The position numbers and the translations under genes are program-made. A model generated the notes under the pieces. The model did not search any database, was not told the DNA's origin, and saw only the letters and a list, made by a program, of their open reading frames with translations. A stretch of DNA of 64,000 nt from NCBI RefSeq assembly GCF_001194135.2, contig NC_069000.1:28172917-28236916 (forward strand). The letters are read 5' to 3'. Each line of letters begins with the position of its first letter. Position 1 is the stretch's first letter. This document shows positions 26,875-39,022 of the stretch, piece after piece. The stretch comes from Octopus bimaculoides. Taxonomy: Eukaryota.

Positions 26875-26904
26875 AAAAACCGTCTGATGTTGAATCTACT
26901 GTTG
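26875..26904 (+). CDS. Microexon D, unit 8 (EKPSDVESTV)
   Basis: tacgtttag|30 nt|gtgagt. Confidence 0.87.
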
Positions 26905-28319
26905 GTGAGTCTATTTTGCAATAATTTCACTCGCTTTTAATGACTAGCTTCACTGTCAATTATTAGGTATAGCAGATGTATATTATTGCTAGCTAAACCA
27001 ATTCATACAAAATACGTATGTATATCATTACACCTCTTATTTACCCACATGCTTTCATCAGTATAATCCCGCATAGAATCAGACACAGAAACATATAAAT
27101 GTATTGCCCTCTAGTCCTGATTTACAAGAGAAATATTCATATGCTATCTTCCAGAAGCGACGAGCTGTCGAATCATAAATGCTAACCTGAGAATTATCCC
27201 AATATAACACGCATCTCTGATCTTAATTATTCATATTTTATGCAGTATCAAGTGGATATTGACTTGTATATCAGGACACCGCATAATGCAGATCTTGCAG
27301 AAATAGTTTTGTTTATTTCCATGCGGTTTTACGCTTTGTCTTCATTCCTTTTATATTTGGATAATTTAAAATTTGATAATTAATGGTTGTTGGTGTGAAA
27401 TTTTTCTTTGTTTGGGTGTAACAGTTAATTATTTTCTTTTCTTTTGACGTCGTCTCAATGTCTGAATCTCATGACAGAGAGTATTATATAACAGCAAGTT
27501 AATGCTGAATACGAAAGTATTACGGTGGTAAAATGGACGCATAAAAAGTATATTGAATATTACATTGTCTTTAATGAGAGGATTATTTACTATGACATAA
27601 ATGTTGCGTCTCAACGTTTCCATAACATACGTCTGATATATATCATAATTTGGAGGAAAACGCCTGGTACACACACCATTATCCCAAAGTTAAATATTAC
27701 TATAACCAACATGAAATACACCGGCACAAACTCACGTGCACCTATATTCTAACACTACACAACACATTTCTTTCTGTATCTAACAACGAATTTTCCGTTT
27801 AATATACTGATTTACATGCTGAATTTTCTTTATGAAGAGTTACATAATTTCAAACTCATTACGAAATAGAATAACAAGTGATATAAGAAGAGCACTGTGC
27901 AATAGACGTTTTAAATGTTGTGTTGTTTTATCGCATTTGAATATATTGCGCGTAATTTTTTTCAATTACTGGATGTAAAATTTATATTGTTTTATCTTGT
28001 GTTTCAATTAATGCCTGAAGTCCGTGTAATCGATTAGCGAGAGCTATGTTATGAAACGTAGTAACTCTTTTCACAACATTTGTACACGTCTTTTCCTGCT
28101 AAAATAGTAATTGCAAGAAAGATTTTTTCATTTTTATCTCCACGCTTCTAATATATTTCAAATAGAGTGAAAATGTAAGACGATTCATAAAATGGGAGTC
28201 TTACTAGTTAAACAGCTTTGCAATTAAGTGTTTGTTAATATGTTTGCTGATATGATGTGTAAGTTATATATTGATCAATTCTTGGCATTGAATTTTTATT
28301 CCATTCAATTATTTCACAG

Positions 28320-28349
28320 ATATTGTGGCACAGACCGAGCGTCCAAAGG
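28320..28349 (+). CDS. Microexon A, unit 9, last copy (DIVAQTERPK)
   Basis: tttcacag|30 nt|gtgaga. Confidence 0.88.
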
Positions 28350-28379
28350 GTGAGAGAGCTTTGCATATATGCACACATA

Positions 28380-28505
28380 TATTCATGCACACATACACAC
28401 AGATATGTATATATATATATATATAAAATTAAATTAAATAATATTAAATTAAATTGAGTTTTTACCTGTAAATTTGGATTTTTATCTCTAATATTATTAT
28501 CATAA

Positions 28506-28564
<59 letters not shown>

Positions 28565-28986
28565 TATGATTGTATGTATATAGATAGTTATAGATCTCGA
28601 TTTATGCATATACATATGTATACATTTATATATGTACATATATATATGCATAAATACATTCATATATTTCGTTTTGGGATTTGGTTTGCAAGATTTTTTG
28701 TGATTTCGTGTGTTGAAGCATATTCTGTTGTGTCTGGGGAGAGTCATTCTCTTTTAGTGCCATTACACACTCACCGGTAAAATTTCCACTTGTTTCTTTT
28801 TTATTTTTCTAAAGCTTTCATTGTGTCTTGCAACCTTTTCAATAGTTTTGACTGTCCGTTATTCATACTGTGTTCTTTTTGTTTGTTTGTGCGCATGTGT
28901 GTGGGTTAGTGTGTGTGTGTGTGTGCATACACATCCATGTATGTATGTATACATGTGTGCATGCATGTATGTATGTATGTGTGTGC

Positions 28987-29017
<31 letters not shown>

Positions 29018-29225
29018 CATTTGAATGTATGTTATGTGTTCTGCATATTCATGTGTTTGCGTGTCCGTGTTTGTGTGTTTTTATGTATGTGTGTGTGTGT
29101 GCGCGTGCGTGTGTGTGTGTGCATGTGTGTACCTCTGTCTCCTTGTGTGTGCATGTCTGAGTGTGTGTGTTTTGCAACTATGTACTGTGTTTGTATGTAT
29201 GGATGTGTATCTCCATATGTGTGAA
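28380..29225. repeat. Compound (TA)n/(TG)n/(TATG)n microsatellite region
   Basis: Directly visible; similar tracts occur at 3070-3183, 14518-14574, 20188-20485, 24380-24425 and 33590-33680. Confidence 0.9.
28758..28780 (+). CDS. Candidate terminal coding exon of the microexon gene (VPLHTHR-stop)
   Basis: cattctcttttag acceptor; a phase-1 join gives GTG CCA TTA CAC ACT CAC CGG TAA; no other support. Confidence 0.3.
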
Positions 29226-29589
29226 CATGTGTCTCCATATACAGCAACTGAAGATGGCATTGTATTTAAATTGATGTAATGATTGCATTGTTCAATTAAA
29301 TGGAGCTGCTTGAAACGGTCGTATTGCACTAATACTTGACATCCTGTTACTTATTTTGATTTTATTCACCTTACTTCGAGCTGTGCGGATAATACCAGAT
29401 TGACTTGGTGCTTCAACTTAAGTACCTAATTTAATTGAATCTTAATTATTTCTTATATATATAGTCAATCTGAGAATATAGTGTCCTCTTTAGGGATTAT
29501 AAAATCCAGAGATCAACTGGTGTTATCGATGATATATTGGGAGAATTCTCTCAATATAAAGGGATAAACAGTCTAATTTACATTTATTA

Positions 29590-29850
29590 ATATAAGGAAA
29601 TGGAGAAAAAATATTGTGGATACTTATTTTATTTGTATTACAAGAAGAATATAGCAAATAGTTTAATACAAATAAAATTTAAATAAACATACATAAACAT
29701 AAAATAAGCATAAGAAGTGCCTATTCTTATGCTTATTTTATGTTAAAGTATGTTCATTTAAATTTTATTTGTATTAAACTATTTGCAGAGTTCTTATTGT
29801 GATACAAATAAAATAAGTATCCACAATATTTTTTCTTCATTTTCTTATAT
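29590..29850. repeat. Long AT-rich inverted repeat (127-bp arms, 7-nt loop), foldback/MITE-like
   Basis: 29590-29716 is the near-perfect reverse complement of 29724-29850. Confidence 0.9.
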
Positions 29851-29899
29851 CGATATATATATATATATATATATCATGAACACATATGGTAAAATAAAC

Positions 29900-31055
29900 A
29901 CAAATTTTTACATTGTAACGTTTTTGACACTTCGCTGATTATTTTATATCATAGTGGTTAAATCTGAATAGATTTTTACCTTTTAAAATGAGTTTGATCA
30001 GACCCATATCAAACACTGCATGCTGTATGAATTTAAGAGGGACTCTTAAGCAATGGAAGCAGCAAGAAATATTTGTTCTATCTATGAAAATGAACATTTA
30101 AGTTTCCAGATGCCCCAATGATGGTTTGGCCAACTTCACTTGGGAAATTTTGCTCTTGCAGTTTACCCTCAATCTGGATGAAAAAGTTCTGTCAATATTG
30201 AGATCCTGAAAACTGGTTGAGGAAAATCCAAAGCAACCTGCACAAGAATGAGCAAAACGGTTCAATTTAAGTTGCATGTCAATCATAAAATTCCTTCATG
30301 TGTCTAAACTTGGTCAGTGGGTCCCTCATCATCTGACTACTCAGCTTAATCAAAGAATTGCCCTTCTCATTGAAGCATAGACTTTCTACCAAACCTTTGC
30401 AAAGTAGAATCATCACAAGTGATGAAAAGTGGGTTCTCTATAATCATATGCAATAGAAATGACAATGGTTAACCTGCAATGGAAAAGGAGAATCCATCCC
30501 CAAACCAGGACTACACTTGAAAAAAAGTTATGCTGTGTTTAGTGGGATATGAAGGGGGTTGATTATCATGAACTGTAAAACTAAAATGAAAGAGCAGTAT
30601 TGCTGTCCATTAGAAGCATTGCACAAAAATTTTCAGAAAATGCACCCATCATTGGTTGGTTGTAAAGAGGCATTGCTCTTATACAATAAAGTAAGATCAC
30701 ATATTGTCCAAGTCACTGAGGAAAATATTATGGCACTGAATATGGAAGTTTTGCTTCATCCTCCTGACTCCCCTGACCTTCCTCCATCTGACAATCTTCT
30801 TTTCAAATCATTGCAACATTATTTCGGAAAAAAGCAATTTATTAATTGTGAAGAGGTTAAAAATGATATTCTGACTTTCTTTGCTTCAAAACTTGAAGAA
30901 TTTTATGCCCAAGGGATCCATAATTTGCCCAAATTGATGCGATTAAGTTATCAATAATGAGGGAAAATATCTTGATTAAGTATATCAAGGATGACCAAAG
31001 AAGCATTTGTTTCTTTCCCAGCTTGAAATGTGATAGGATTTTCTTTCTGATCTAA
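29900..31055 (+). mobile_element. Degenerate mariner transposon
   Basis: WVPHHL, DEKWVL, KKVMLC and HPPDSPDLPPSDNLLF motifs spread across broken frames; TIR-like right end ttctttctgatctaa-TA; left boundary approximate. Confidence 0.88.
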
Positions 31056-31469
31056 TATATATGTATGTATGTGTGTGTGAGTGGGTGGATGTATGTATGT
31101 ACATATGTATGTGTATGCATGTGTGTATGTATTTATTTTTCTTTGAGTTTTATTAAATTCTTAAGAGAGTTAACTCTTTAGTGGCCATATCTAGCCAAAA
31201 TATTCTACCTGCTTTATGTTCAAACTGGCCAGATTTTACCTCTCACACTTATCCTACAATGTCAACCTAAAAATAAGCTACTCCAGCATCAAAATCTTGA
31301 AACTACAAGACTATGCATGATTAATTCAAAACAATGTGAATAAATAAGCATTACTTTTGACAGAGTATCCTGAATGCTAAAGGGTTAAGGCTGGTCACTA
31401 ATGAAGCAAGACTTTTTTTTAGCTAAGAAAGTTCCTGGTGCTTGTAAAATATGCGGTTTGTTGGTTCAG

Positions 31470-32250
31470 CTGTTGATGCTCACACCCAAGTATGTGCATC
31501 TATCCACCTAAGAAATTTCTGATGGAGAATTTTTGTGTGAATACATGTTGGTTCTGGTATGCTTTTGATGTATACATCAGAACAGTCCTTTCTGCAGATA
31601 GCATTGTAAATAGCCTTTGAAACTATACCATGCCTCAAGGGCAGGTAGTATCTCATAGATATTTTGGGGTAGCTGCTGATGAGGTGGGTGATATCCTCCA
31701 CACTGGTATTGCAGAGCTGGCATTTTTTATCACAATGTGGAGGTTTGGTGGTATCTTTATCCCTATTGTTTATCAGGTATTTAGCAGCTATCTTCTGTTC
31801 CTGGACAACAAAGGCATATCCTTCTAAGTGGAATGTAATGTAACGATTATAAGTCCAGGAGAGGCTACTCTTCCTGTCAATGTTGTCCTGTAGCTCATGT
31901 TTTTGTATAGATTTATTGGTACATAGCTTAATGCACCTATGATAGTTACTAATGAGAATTCATAGTCAGGGTACAAGAGCTGTAAGCTCTGCATTAACTC
32001 ATCATAAATGTTTTCTTGTTCCTGGACTTTTGATTGTACATTCACATCCGCGGGGCAGCTGACCTCTACAACAGTGCATGACTTTTATTCCCTGTCCCAT
32101 TGAACATCAGGTCTATTATGTTTGCACCGAATTGCTGTTTTTATTGGAGTGTTCCATCTGTATTCCTTGTTTTAAAGGAGTGAATACCTACAGGTTCTGA
32201 CATGCTTTTGATGTATAGGTCAGCGCAAACTTGCAGATAACGTTGTAAAT
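31470..32250 (-). mobile_element. Fragments of a non-LTR retrotransposon with restriction-like endonuclease (R4/NeSL-type 3' region)
   Basis: EDITHLISS...LRHGIVSKAIYNA (post-RT Cys-His region) and WNTPIKTAIRCKHNRPD...VVEVSCP...IIGALSYV (PD..E nuclease motif), with stops. Confidence 0.7.
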
Positions 32251-32329
32251 AGTCTTTGTAAATGTACGTACGTATGTACAGACAGACAGATAGATAGATA
32301 GATATACAGACAAACAGAAACAGATGCAG

Positions 32330-32423
32330 ATCAAGAAAGAGGCACGGAGGTGAGGGAGAATAGTAGAATTGCCATTGAGAGTTGTAAAGAATAGTGTTGA
32401 AATACTTAACGAAGAACAACAAG
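32330..32423 (+). other. Candidate non-coding first exon of the SNX21-like gene (5' boundary unknown)
   Basis: caag|gtaaga donor at 32424; pyrimidine-rich intron ending tttatttag at 32939; CpG-rich neighbourhood. Confidence 0.45.
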
Positions 32424-33036
32424 GTAAGACAACCTCGTATAATGTTTATTACTGACACTTCCGCTTTCTATTAACAGCTGTCTTACTATCTCTCATTCTC
32501 CCTTTTCATACTCTCTCTTTGTTTACTATTTACTCTTCTGTCACTCTCTTCCTTATTTTAAAATTTTATCTTTAGAAAAGTCTCTCAATCGTTTTCCCTT
32601 TCTCACACTCATTCCCCACATTTTCTTACTCCGTTTTTACCTTCTCTTTTTTCCTCTAACTCTTTTACATTTTATACTACCCACTTTATACTCATTATCT
32701 TTCATCAATTTTTCCCGTGTTCTGCTACTCTACTTCTCTCAATATCTCCCACGCACTCTGTTGCTCCACCCATCTTCATCAGTACCACCATCACTCCCTT
32801 CATCTTTATTTTCTCTATATTGATTTGCTATCCTCAATTTCCCTTCGCCTAATCGTTGCTGTCATTGCATAATCTCTCTCTCTCTCCTATTGTTCGTCGT
32901 CGTCTTTTCTCATTCAGCAATTCTTTTGACTTTATTTAGGCGTTCGTTCAGCCAGTCGGGATGAAGTCGGAAATCTTCATTTTACGGTGATGCGTATTAT
33001 TACTACAATTATTATTCGTCGTCTTCACATGCACAG

Positions 33037-33457
33037 ATGGCTTCTCTTTTAAGGAAATCATTTATCAACCAGTATCTAGATAAGGAAACTAATAAATCCG
33101 ATTCAGAGAGGAGCAACAGCTTCATTGCGGCTACAGATGCTGATAGTGCTACAGGAAGATGTTTACCGCAACACTCGCCGTTTCGCTCTCATCTTGCGCC
33201 AACAATATCAATACCAACTTCATCACCGACTCAAACATCGCCAGTGCTGACCCCAAATGACAACCATCAAATGCGTTGGCATTGGTCACCCAACAGCCCC
33301 TGTCAAACAGTGAATGAACCATTATTCATGTCCGACCAAGAGGAACTAGCGTCCCTTGCAGACGAAATGGATGATGATAACTTCGCGAACCTGGGGACTT
33401 TGTCATTTTCAGAAGATGAAGAAGCTCGAAATTCTGCCACTGATATCGTCAAGACAG
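33037..33457 (+). CDS. SNX21: Sorting nexin 21/20 family, first coding exon
   Basis: ATG with an in-frame stop upstream; MASLLRK... and acidic LGTLSFSEDEE resemble the SNX21 N-terminus; phase-1 donor ACAG|gtgctt. Confidence 0.8.
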
Positions 33458-33592
33458 GTGCTTATCCATGCATATATACATATATGTACGTACGTAGACA
33501 AATGATACACATAGATTCGAACAAACCCACCCATCCACATATGCATGTGTTATCTGTCTACCTATGTGTTAGCGGGTGTGTGTATGTATGTG

Positions 33593-33641
<49 letters not shown>

Positions 33642-34252
33642 CATACGTACATACACACACACACACAGATATACACACGTGCAGGTATATAAGTGTTTAA
33701 GCGAACATACCTGTATATTTTTATATTTGCGTATGTGCATTATGTAGGCATGCATGTAAATTATACAAAAGGATTTTCAAGTATAAAGTGAAAAAGCTCT
33801 CAATACTATACAGAATGTAAAATTGATAGTGCTATATGTAATACCTGTGTGTGTATGTGTATATACGCTTGAACGTGTATATACGCTTGAATGTGTATAT
33901 ATACAAAATGTTTCTTTTACGCCCGTAATAAGTTTTTCATTATATCTTTAGACATTTTGTTTAGAAATAGATTATTTTATGCACATATGTATTTATTTAC
34001 ATCTCTCTCTCTCTCTCTCTCCCTCACATATATACCTGTGTAGATAAATGCACAAAAATAACTTATATATCCTAAAAGAAATTTCTATACCTAATTGAGA
34101 AGTATCACTTCCGTAAAAGTATATTTCATACAATGTATGTATGCATGTACGTATGTATTAATGTGTGTGTGTGTGTGCGCGCGCACAAATAACGCATGCA
34201 CAAATGTGTATTGATAAATGTATGTTTATATAAACATATATATATGTTTATA

Positions 34253-34408
34253 TCTTTACGTTCTGAGTTCAAATTCCGCCGATGTCGACTTTGCCTTTCA
34301 TCCTTTCGGGGTCGATAAATTAAGTACCAGTTGCGTATTGGGGTCGATCTAATCGACTGACCCCTGCTCCCCCCAAAATTTCGGGCCTTGTACCTCGAGT
34401 AGAAAAGG
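34253..34408 (+). mobile_element. SINE fragment (core gcctttcatcctttcggggtcgataaattaagtacc)
   Basis: Decayed copies also occur at ~36300-36660, 38690-38745, 49945-50070 and 50105-50240. Confidence 0.75.
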
Positions 34409-34949
34409 AGAAATGTATCTTTATATATGTCTGGTGTATGTGTGTTGTTCTATAAAAAGCTCTATATAGAATGTACGTTTACGTACACATACGTGCATAC
34501 ATAAAAAAAATCATACATACATATATACATGCATTTAACCTTGTTAACTTTTCTATCAACTTGTTTTTATTATAGTATTGCTAGTTCAATGTATGTAGTC
34601 AAGACAGGAATGTATAAGTGCGTGTTCATTCTTTTGCCGAGATACTTTAGTGTTGATATCTTTCAATGTATTTCAAATCGGTAGTTTTTGCTTGGTTCTT
34701 GAAGAAATACATAACACCCTCAACGTCCACCTCTGTAAAACAAGCTAATGGAAAACATGCCACCAAAGAATCAAAATCAATACTATCGTCTAATATTGAT
34801 ACCATAACCATAGTTATCATTTTCTACCAGCATAATAACAGTAACTTCATTTGCTTCCAGGATGATGGATGAGGGGGAAAAGTTACACACGTCTAAATTG
34901 GGGTTTTACTTTGAAAAATCCAAATGAGAAAAAAAATCATGAAATATAA

Positions 34950-35900
34950 GTATGGATGGTATACAAATAATGAAAGATAATGATGCAACCTGATGCAGGA
35001 GGACTTCCATCTTGAGCCATTCAAAGGCCTCCACAGATATAAACTCACATTGAATGCCAAGGGCAAGATCCCTTTGCAAATGCTGTTGTTAAACTTAGAG
35101 CAGTGTCATCTACTCTTGCCATGATTCACCACTTACACTAACTCTTCAAAGTATTTATTCTAAGAGAGCACCTCCTTTCTCTGTCCTTATTCTCCTTTTC
35201 ACGTGAAACCAGAAGGCTCTACCAAAGAGCAAAGTCTCTGTCCTGAGACCTTTCAACCTTGTCCACCACTCAACTTCTTTCACTATAGTCACCAGACAAA
35301 AGAAAATTGGCTTCCCTGCCCAGTTAAAGGAATCATCACAATGGACTCTGCTCATAGCCTGATCCACCCAACATGCAACAGCATCTGTTCAGTACAATTC
35401 CAAAAGTCATCAATGACCAGACATTGCGTGCAGAATGGTTTTGTTGCTCTGTGTGAAAACAGGTCTGCCTATAGAGTTGATCTTGAACTGATATAGCCTC
35501 TTGCCAGCACTGGCAAGCTAAGGACTTCTAGAAGTTATCCATGAGCCCTTGAACCAATTCATTTTTATCAATACTCAGAGCTTCTTCAAGAGTGTTTTTA
35601 CTCTTCCCCACTACTAATTCTCTATAAATTGCTGGAGTGGAACATCCACCAATCCTGTTGCCCAGGTGACAGAGGGCTGAGTGCCCGACTTCATTATAAA
35701 CGTCAGGTGCCCAGATTCACCTTTGGCTACAGCTCCATATGGAAAGATATGCCTCATGGACTGTGACCATATCTATTCATTATCTAGGAACCCATGTTGG
35801 TGGCGCAACCTCAGTGTCTACAAATCAGCAGCCATTGCATGCCTAGCCTGCCAGATTGAGGGTGCTGACGAGTGGAATACATCCTTTCTAGAAGTTGAAT
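34950..35900 (-). mobile_element. Highly degenerate retroelement pol-like relic (possibly Gypsy RT)
   Basis: Only weak motifs on the minus strand (LYQFK, VIDDF, EAFEWLK), with many stops. Confidence 0.3.
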
Positions 35901-38220
35901 AGCAGATGTTCCAATCGAATCACATAATAATTGGAGCAAGGCTTAATAGTCAGGTAAACAATACTGGAGGCGCTAATAATTTCTTATATAGGCACAAGGC
36001 TAGAAATTTAAGGGGAGGGTGTAATTGACTTGGATAAGGTTAACACATTTCACACAATTCTACCATTGATACTCAATGCAAGGTAGGCTTTGCTGTTGGT
36101 CTGAAAACTGAGCTATATCAAATGTTATACTTTGGAAATTTCTGCACCCTAACAGATAACAAGGCCACTCAACTATCATTACCATTTATCATCCATTTTT
36201 CCATTTTATCTGATGCTTGAACAAAGTTTACCAAATAACATTTCTTAGTAACTTCTTACTTAGACTCAAGACCAGAAATTTGGTGGGAATGTATCGTTGA
36301 TTACATTAATCCCAGTAATTAACTGGTACTTTAATTTATCAATCATGGAAGATCAAAAGCCACAGGTTAACCTCAACAGGATTTGAACTCTGAAAGGACC
36401 ATAACTAAAACCCTCTTGGTTGTACGTCCAATGGTCTAAAAATCTAAAAGTACTGACAATTCATTAAATAATCATGTAGATTGATGGAAAGAATCAAAGG
36501 GTTTAGATTATCTGCATTTGATATCTCTGTTTTGAGTTCATATTCTGCTTTAGTTATCTATGTTTTATGTCTCCCACCTACCTATGAGGGTATTGATGAA
36601 ATATGTACCAGTAATATATTAGTACCCAATTCAATAGATCATACCCGTCTCCTTCCAAGATTGGCAATGTGCCAAATCAAAGGAAACTTTTATTAAATTG
36701 CAGCAACAACCATACAGTATCAGTGTCCCAGGCCCTTTCTGTTCCTGAGTATAGAGCCACAAACACTTTTTATTGGTTTTTATCTAGAGGAAGGGGTCTT
36801 ATTTATTACTTTTGGTAAATCATGAACCTCACATTTTATTTCCCCACCTCCAGTACCTCCAATAAAAATTAGAATAAGAAAAGCAAACAAAACAAAACAT
36901 AACCTACCTATCTATCTACATACATGTATGCATATATACTTACTAACTTATACTGTACTGGAGTTGATTCCTTCATCTCTGTTGTTCTTCAGCTGTGATA
37001 AATCAAAGGCATTCCAGCCATGATCAACTTGTCAAAAACAAGGGATAGTCTGTGCAACTTCGGCAATCTCACACAATTTTTTGAATAGTTATTTTTAGTT
37101 TTGTTATTGATATTTACACCTTTTATGATATAAATAAGCAAAAGATATACACACAATAGTAAGGAAAACACTTGCCTTATCAGCCTCAATACATTACTGG
37201 TACATACTGAATCTACAACACAGTCACTTGAATAGCTATAAAGAGCAACCAGATCTTTCTTGAATCATACTCCACTGACTTAAAAAAAAAAAAAAACAAG
37301 GATACATTAAAGATAACGTGGTACTATATACTCCTAAAAAGGCTGGTCATGACAGGAATGTATTTGATCATAGATCTGTCAAACAGAGTCGTCCTAGAGC
37401 TACACAACAACTGTGGCATCATTTGACAGAACATAGAATGAAACTAAATACAGCAGGGCATTTGCTTTCACATTTTCCACACATTGGTTATAAGATTAAT
37501 TGTTGATATTTGTGGGCTGCCAGTCAAGAATTGAAGTTTCAATTGACTAAACACTCACCCAACAAACATTTCAAACTTTTTGTCTGTATTGCACATCAAT
37601 ATTTTTTGCTTGGCAGAATTTTTTTAAACATCAGATAAACTAATTTGCTGTATTTAGTTACAGTAATTAATAATTTTGCTATGGTTGATTTTGTCTTTCA
37701 TATTTCTGGAGTTGATTGGCATGAATTTGGTAAATACACCACATATGTGCTGTCCTGTCACTTTGCCTTCTCATTAGTGGTCTTTAGATTCCCAAAGTTA
37801 ACTTTTCTCATGCTTATTACTTCTATTCATGCCTTCTTGACTCACTCGTTTTTCTTCCTTTCATCCATTATATAGTGCCCACCCCCATTCAAGACTCACA
37901 TTAATCACTTTTTTGCAGTCCCTCTTCCCTAAAAGATTTTCTCTTAGGAATTTCTGCCTGGCTTATGTTTTCCCAGTAGTTGTTAAACAGGTTCAATTGC
38001 ATCAATCTCACTGGTTGGCTCTGTAAACACTATGGTCACCAGCCACTTCATCCACATCTAACCATTTAAAAGAAGTCCCAGCTCGACATAGGGTCGGGGC
38101 TGGGGATCTTTATCCTCCCTTAAACTTTGTGATTGGTTAAATCAGTAAAGTCAGATTTGATAATATAAGAATCAGTAATGTACTAGATCAGTGCAATTGA
38201 GTTCAAAATGCCTTGTACTC

Positions 38221-38637
38221 TACTCTCTTTTATTCTTTTACTTGTTTCAGTTATTTGACTGCGGCCATGTTGGAGCACCGCCTTTAGTCGAACAAATCGA
38301 CCCCAGGACTTATTCTTTGTAAGCCTAGTACTTATTCTATCGGTCTCTTTTGCTGAACTGCTAAGTTAGGGGACGTAAACACACCAGTATCAGTTGTCAA
38401 GCAATGTTGGGGGGGGGGGGGCAAACAAAGACACACAAACATATACACACACGTATATATATATACATATATATGATGGGCTTCTTTCAGTTTCCGTCTA
38501 CCAAATCCACTCACAAGGCTTTGGTCGGCCCAAGGCTATAGTAGAAGACACTTGCCCAAGGTGCCACGCAGTGGGACTGAACCCGGAACCAGGTGGTTGG
38601 TAAGCAAGCTACTTACCACACAGCCACTCCTGCACCT
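38221..38637 (-). mobile_element. Full-length tRNA-derived SINE with an internal microsatellite
   Basis: tRNA-like head at the right end (reverse complement ggagtggctgtgtggtaag...ccgggttcagtcc); same family at 50470-50842 (-), 59030-59235 (+, tail) and 39940-40045 (+, partial). Confidence 0.85.
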
Positions 38638-39022
38638 AGTAGACATTTAGTTACAAACTTTTATGTTCTTAGTTCAAATTCAATTGAGGTCAACTTTGCC
38701 TTTCACCCTCCTAGAGTTGATAAAATTCAATACCACTCAAGAACTGGATCAAAAAGATCTTAGAAGGGAATGAACTCTTTGCAAAAAAAGCACCCATGAT
38801 CAATTTTAGTTCCTCCTAAACTTGGTAGATAGAAGTGAGGGAATTATCTCTGAAAGCTGTTTCTGTCTCTTAACTATAAAAGAATATACAGTGGTTATGT
38901 GGTTAAGGCAGAGGTCTACTAAAAACACTACTTGTCATTGTTGCTTAGCCCTATAATCAAAGGTACTCATTATGACCATCCTACCACTTTCCCATGCATA
39001 GTGTATCTTTAATATTATATAA

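Larger units (their letters stand above)
471..28349 (+). other. Tandem microexon array (3' part of an unidentified gene): 38 intact 30-nt phase-1 exons plus 4 dead copies, encoding a 380-aa E/V/T/S/R/P-rich repeat
   Basis: Each intact copy sits between a pyrimidine-rich YAG acceptor and a GTAAG/GTGAG donor and is exactly 30 nt. The terminal G plus the next exon's first two bases always gives GAA/GAT/GAC. Intact copies have no stops or indels, while the homologous introns carry many indels. Confidence 0.93.

Noticed and set aside
471-28349. CRISPR-like array (conserved ~30-nt repeats at intervals)
   Set aside because: The spacers are 0.3-2 kb, homologous to each other and bounded by GT...AG. 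The repeats come in six cycling classes and translate in one frame, and the DNA is eukaryotic.
184-28747. Recurrent 60-170 aa ORFs in the track across the array (e.g. 184-426, 4005-4247, 6268-6540, 23044-23439)
   Set aside because: They are intronic repeat sequence, antisense, or merely run through a microexon. They recur only because the introns are duplicated and are broken differently in each unit.
28235-29329. Cluster of C/V/Y/M/H/T-rich ORFs
   Set aside because: These are translations of dinucleotide and tetranucleotide microsatellites.
33458-33747. 3' extension of the 236-aa ORF starting at 33037
   Set aside because: It reads past the donor at 33458 into (TA)n/(CA)n microsatellite.
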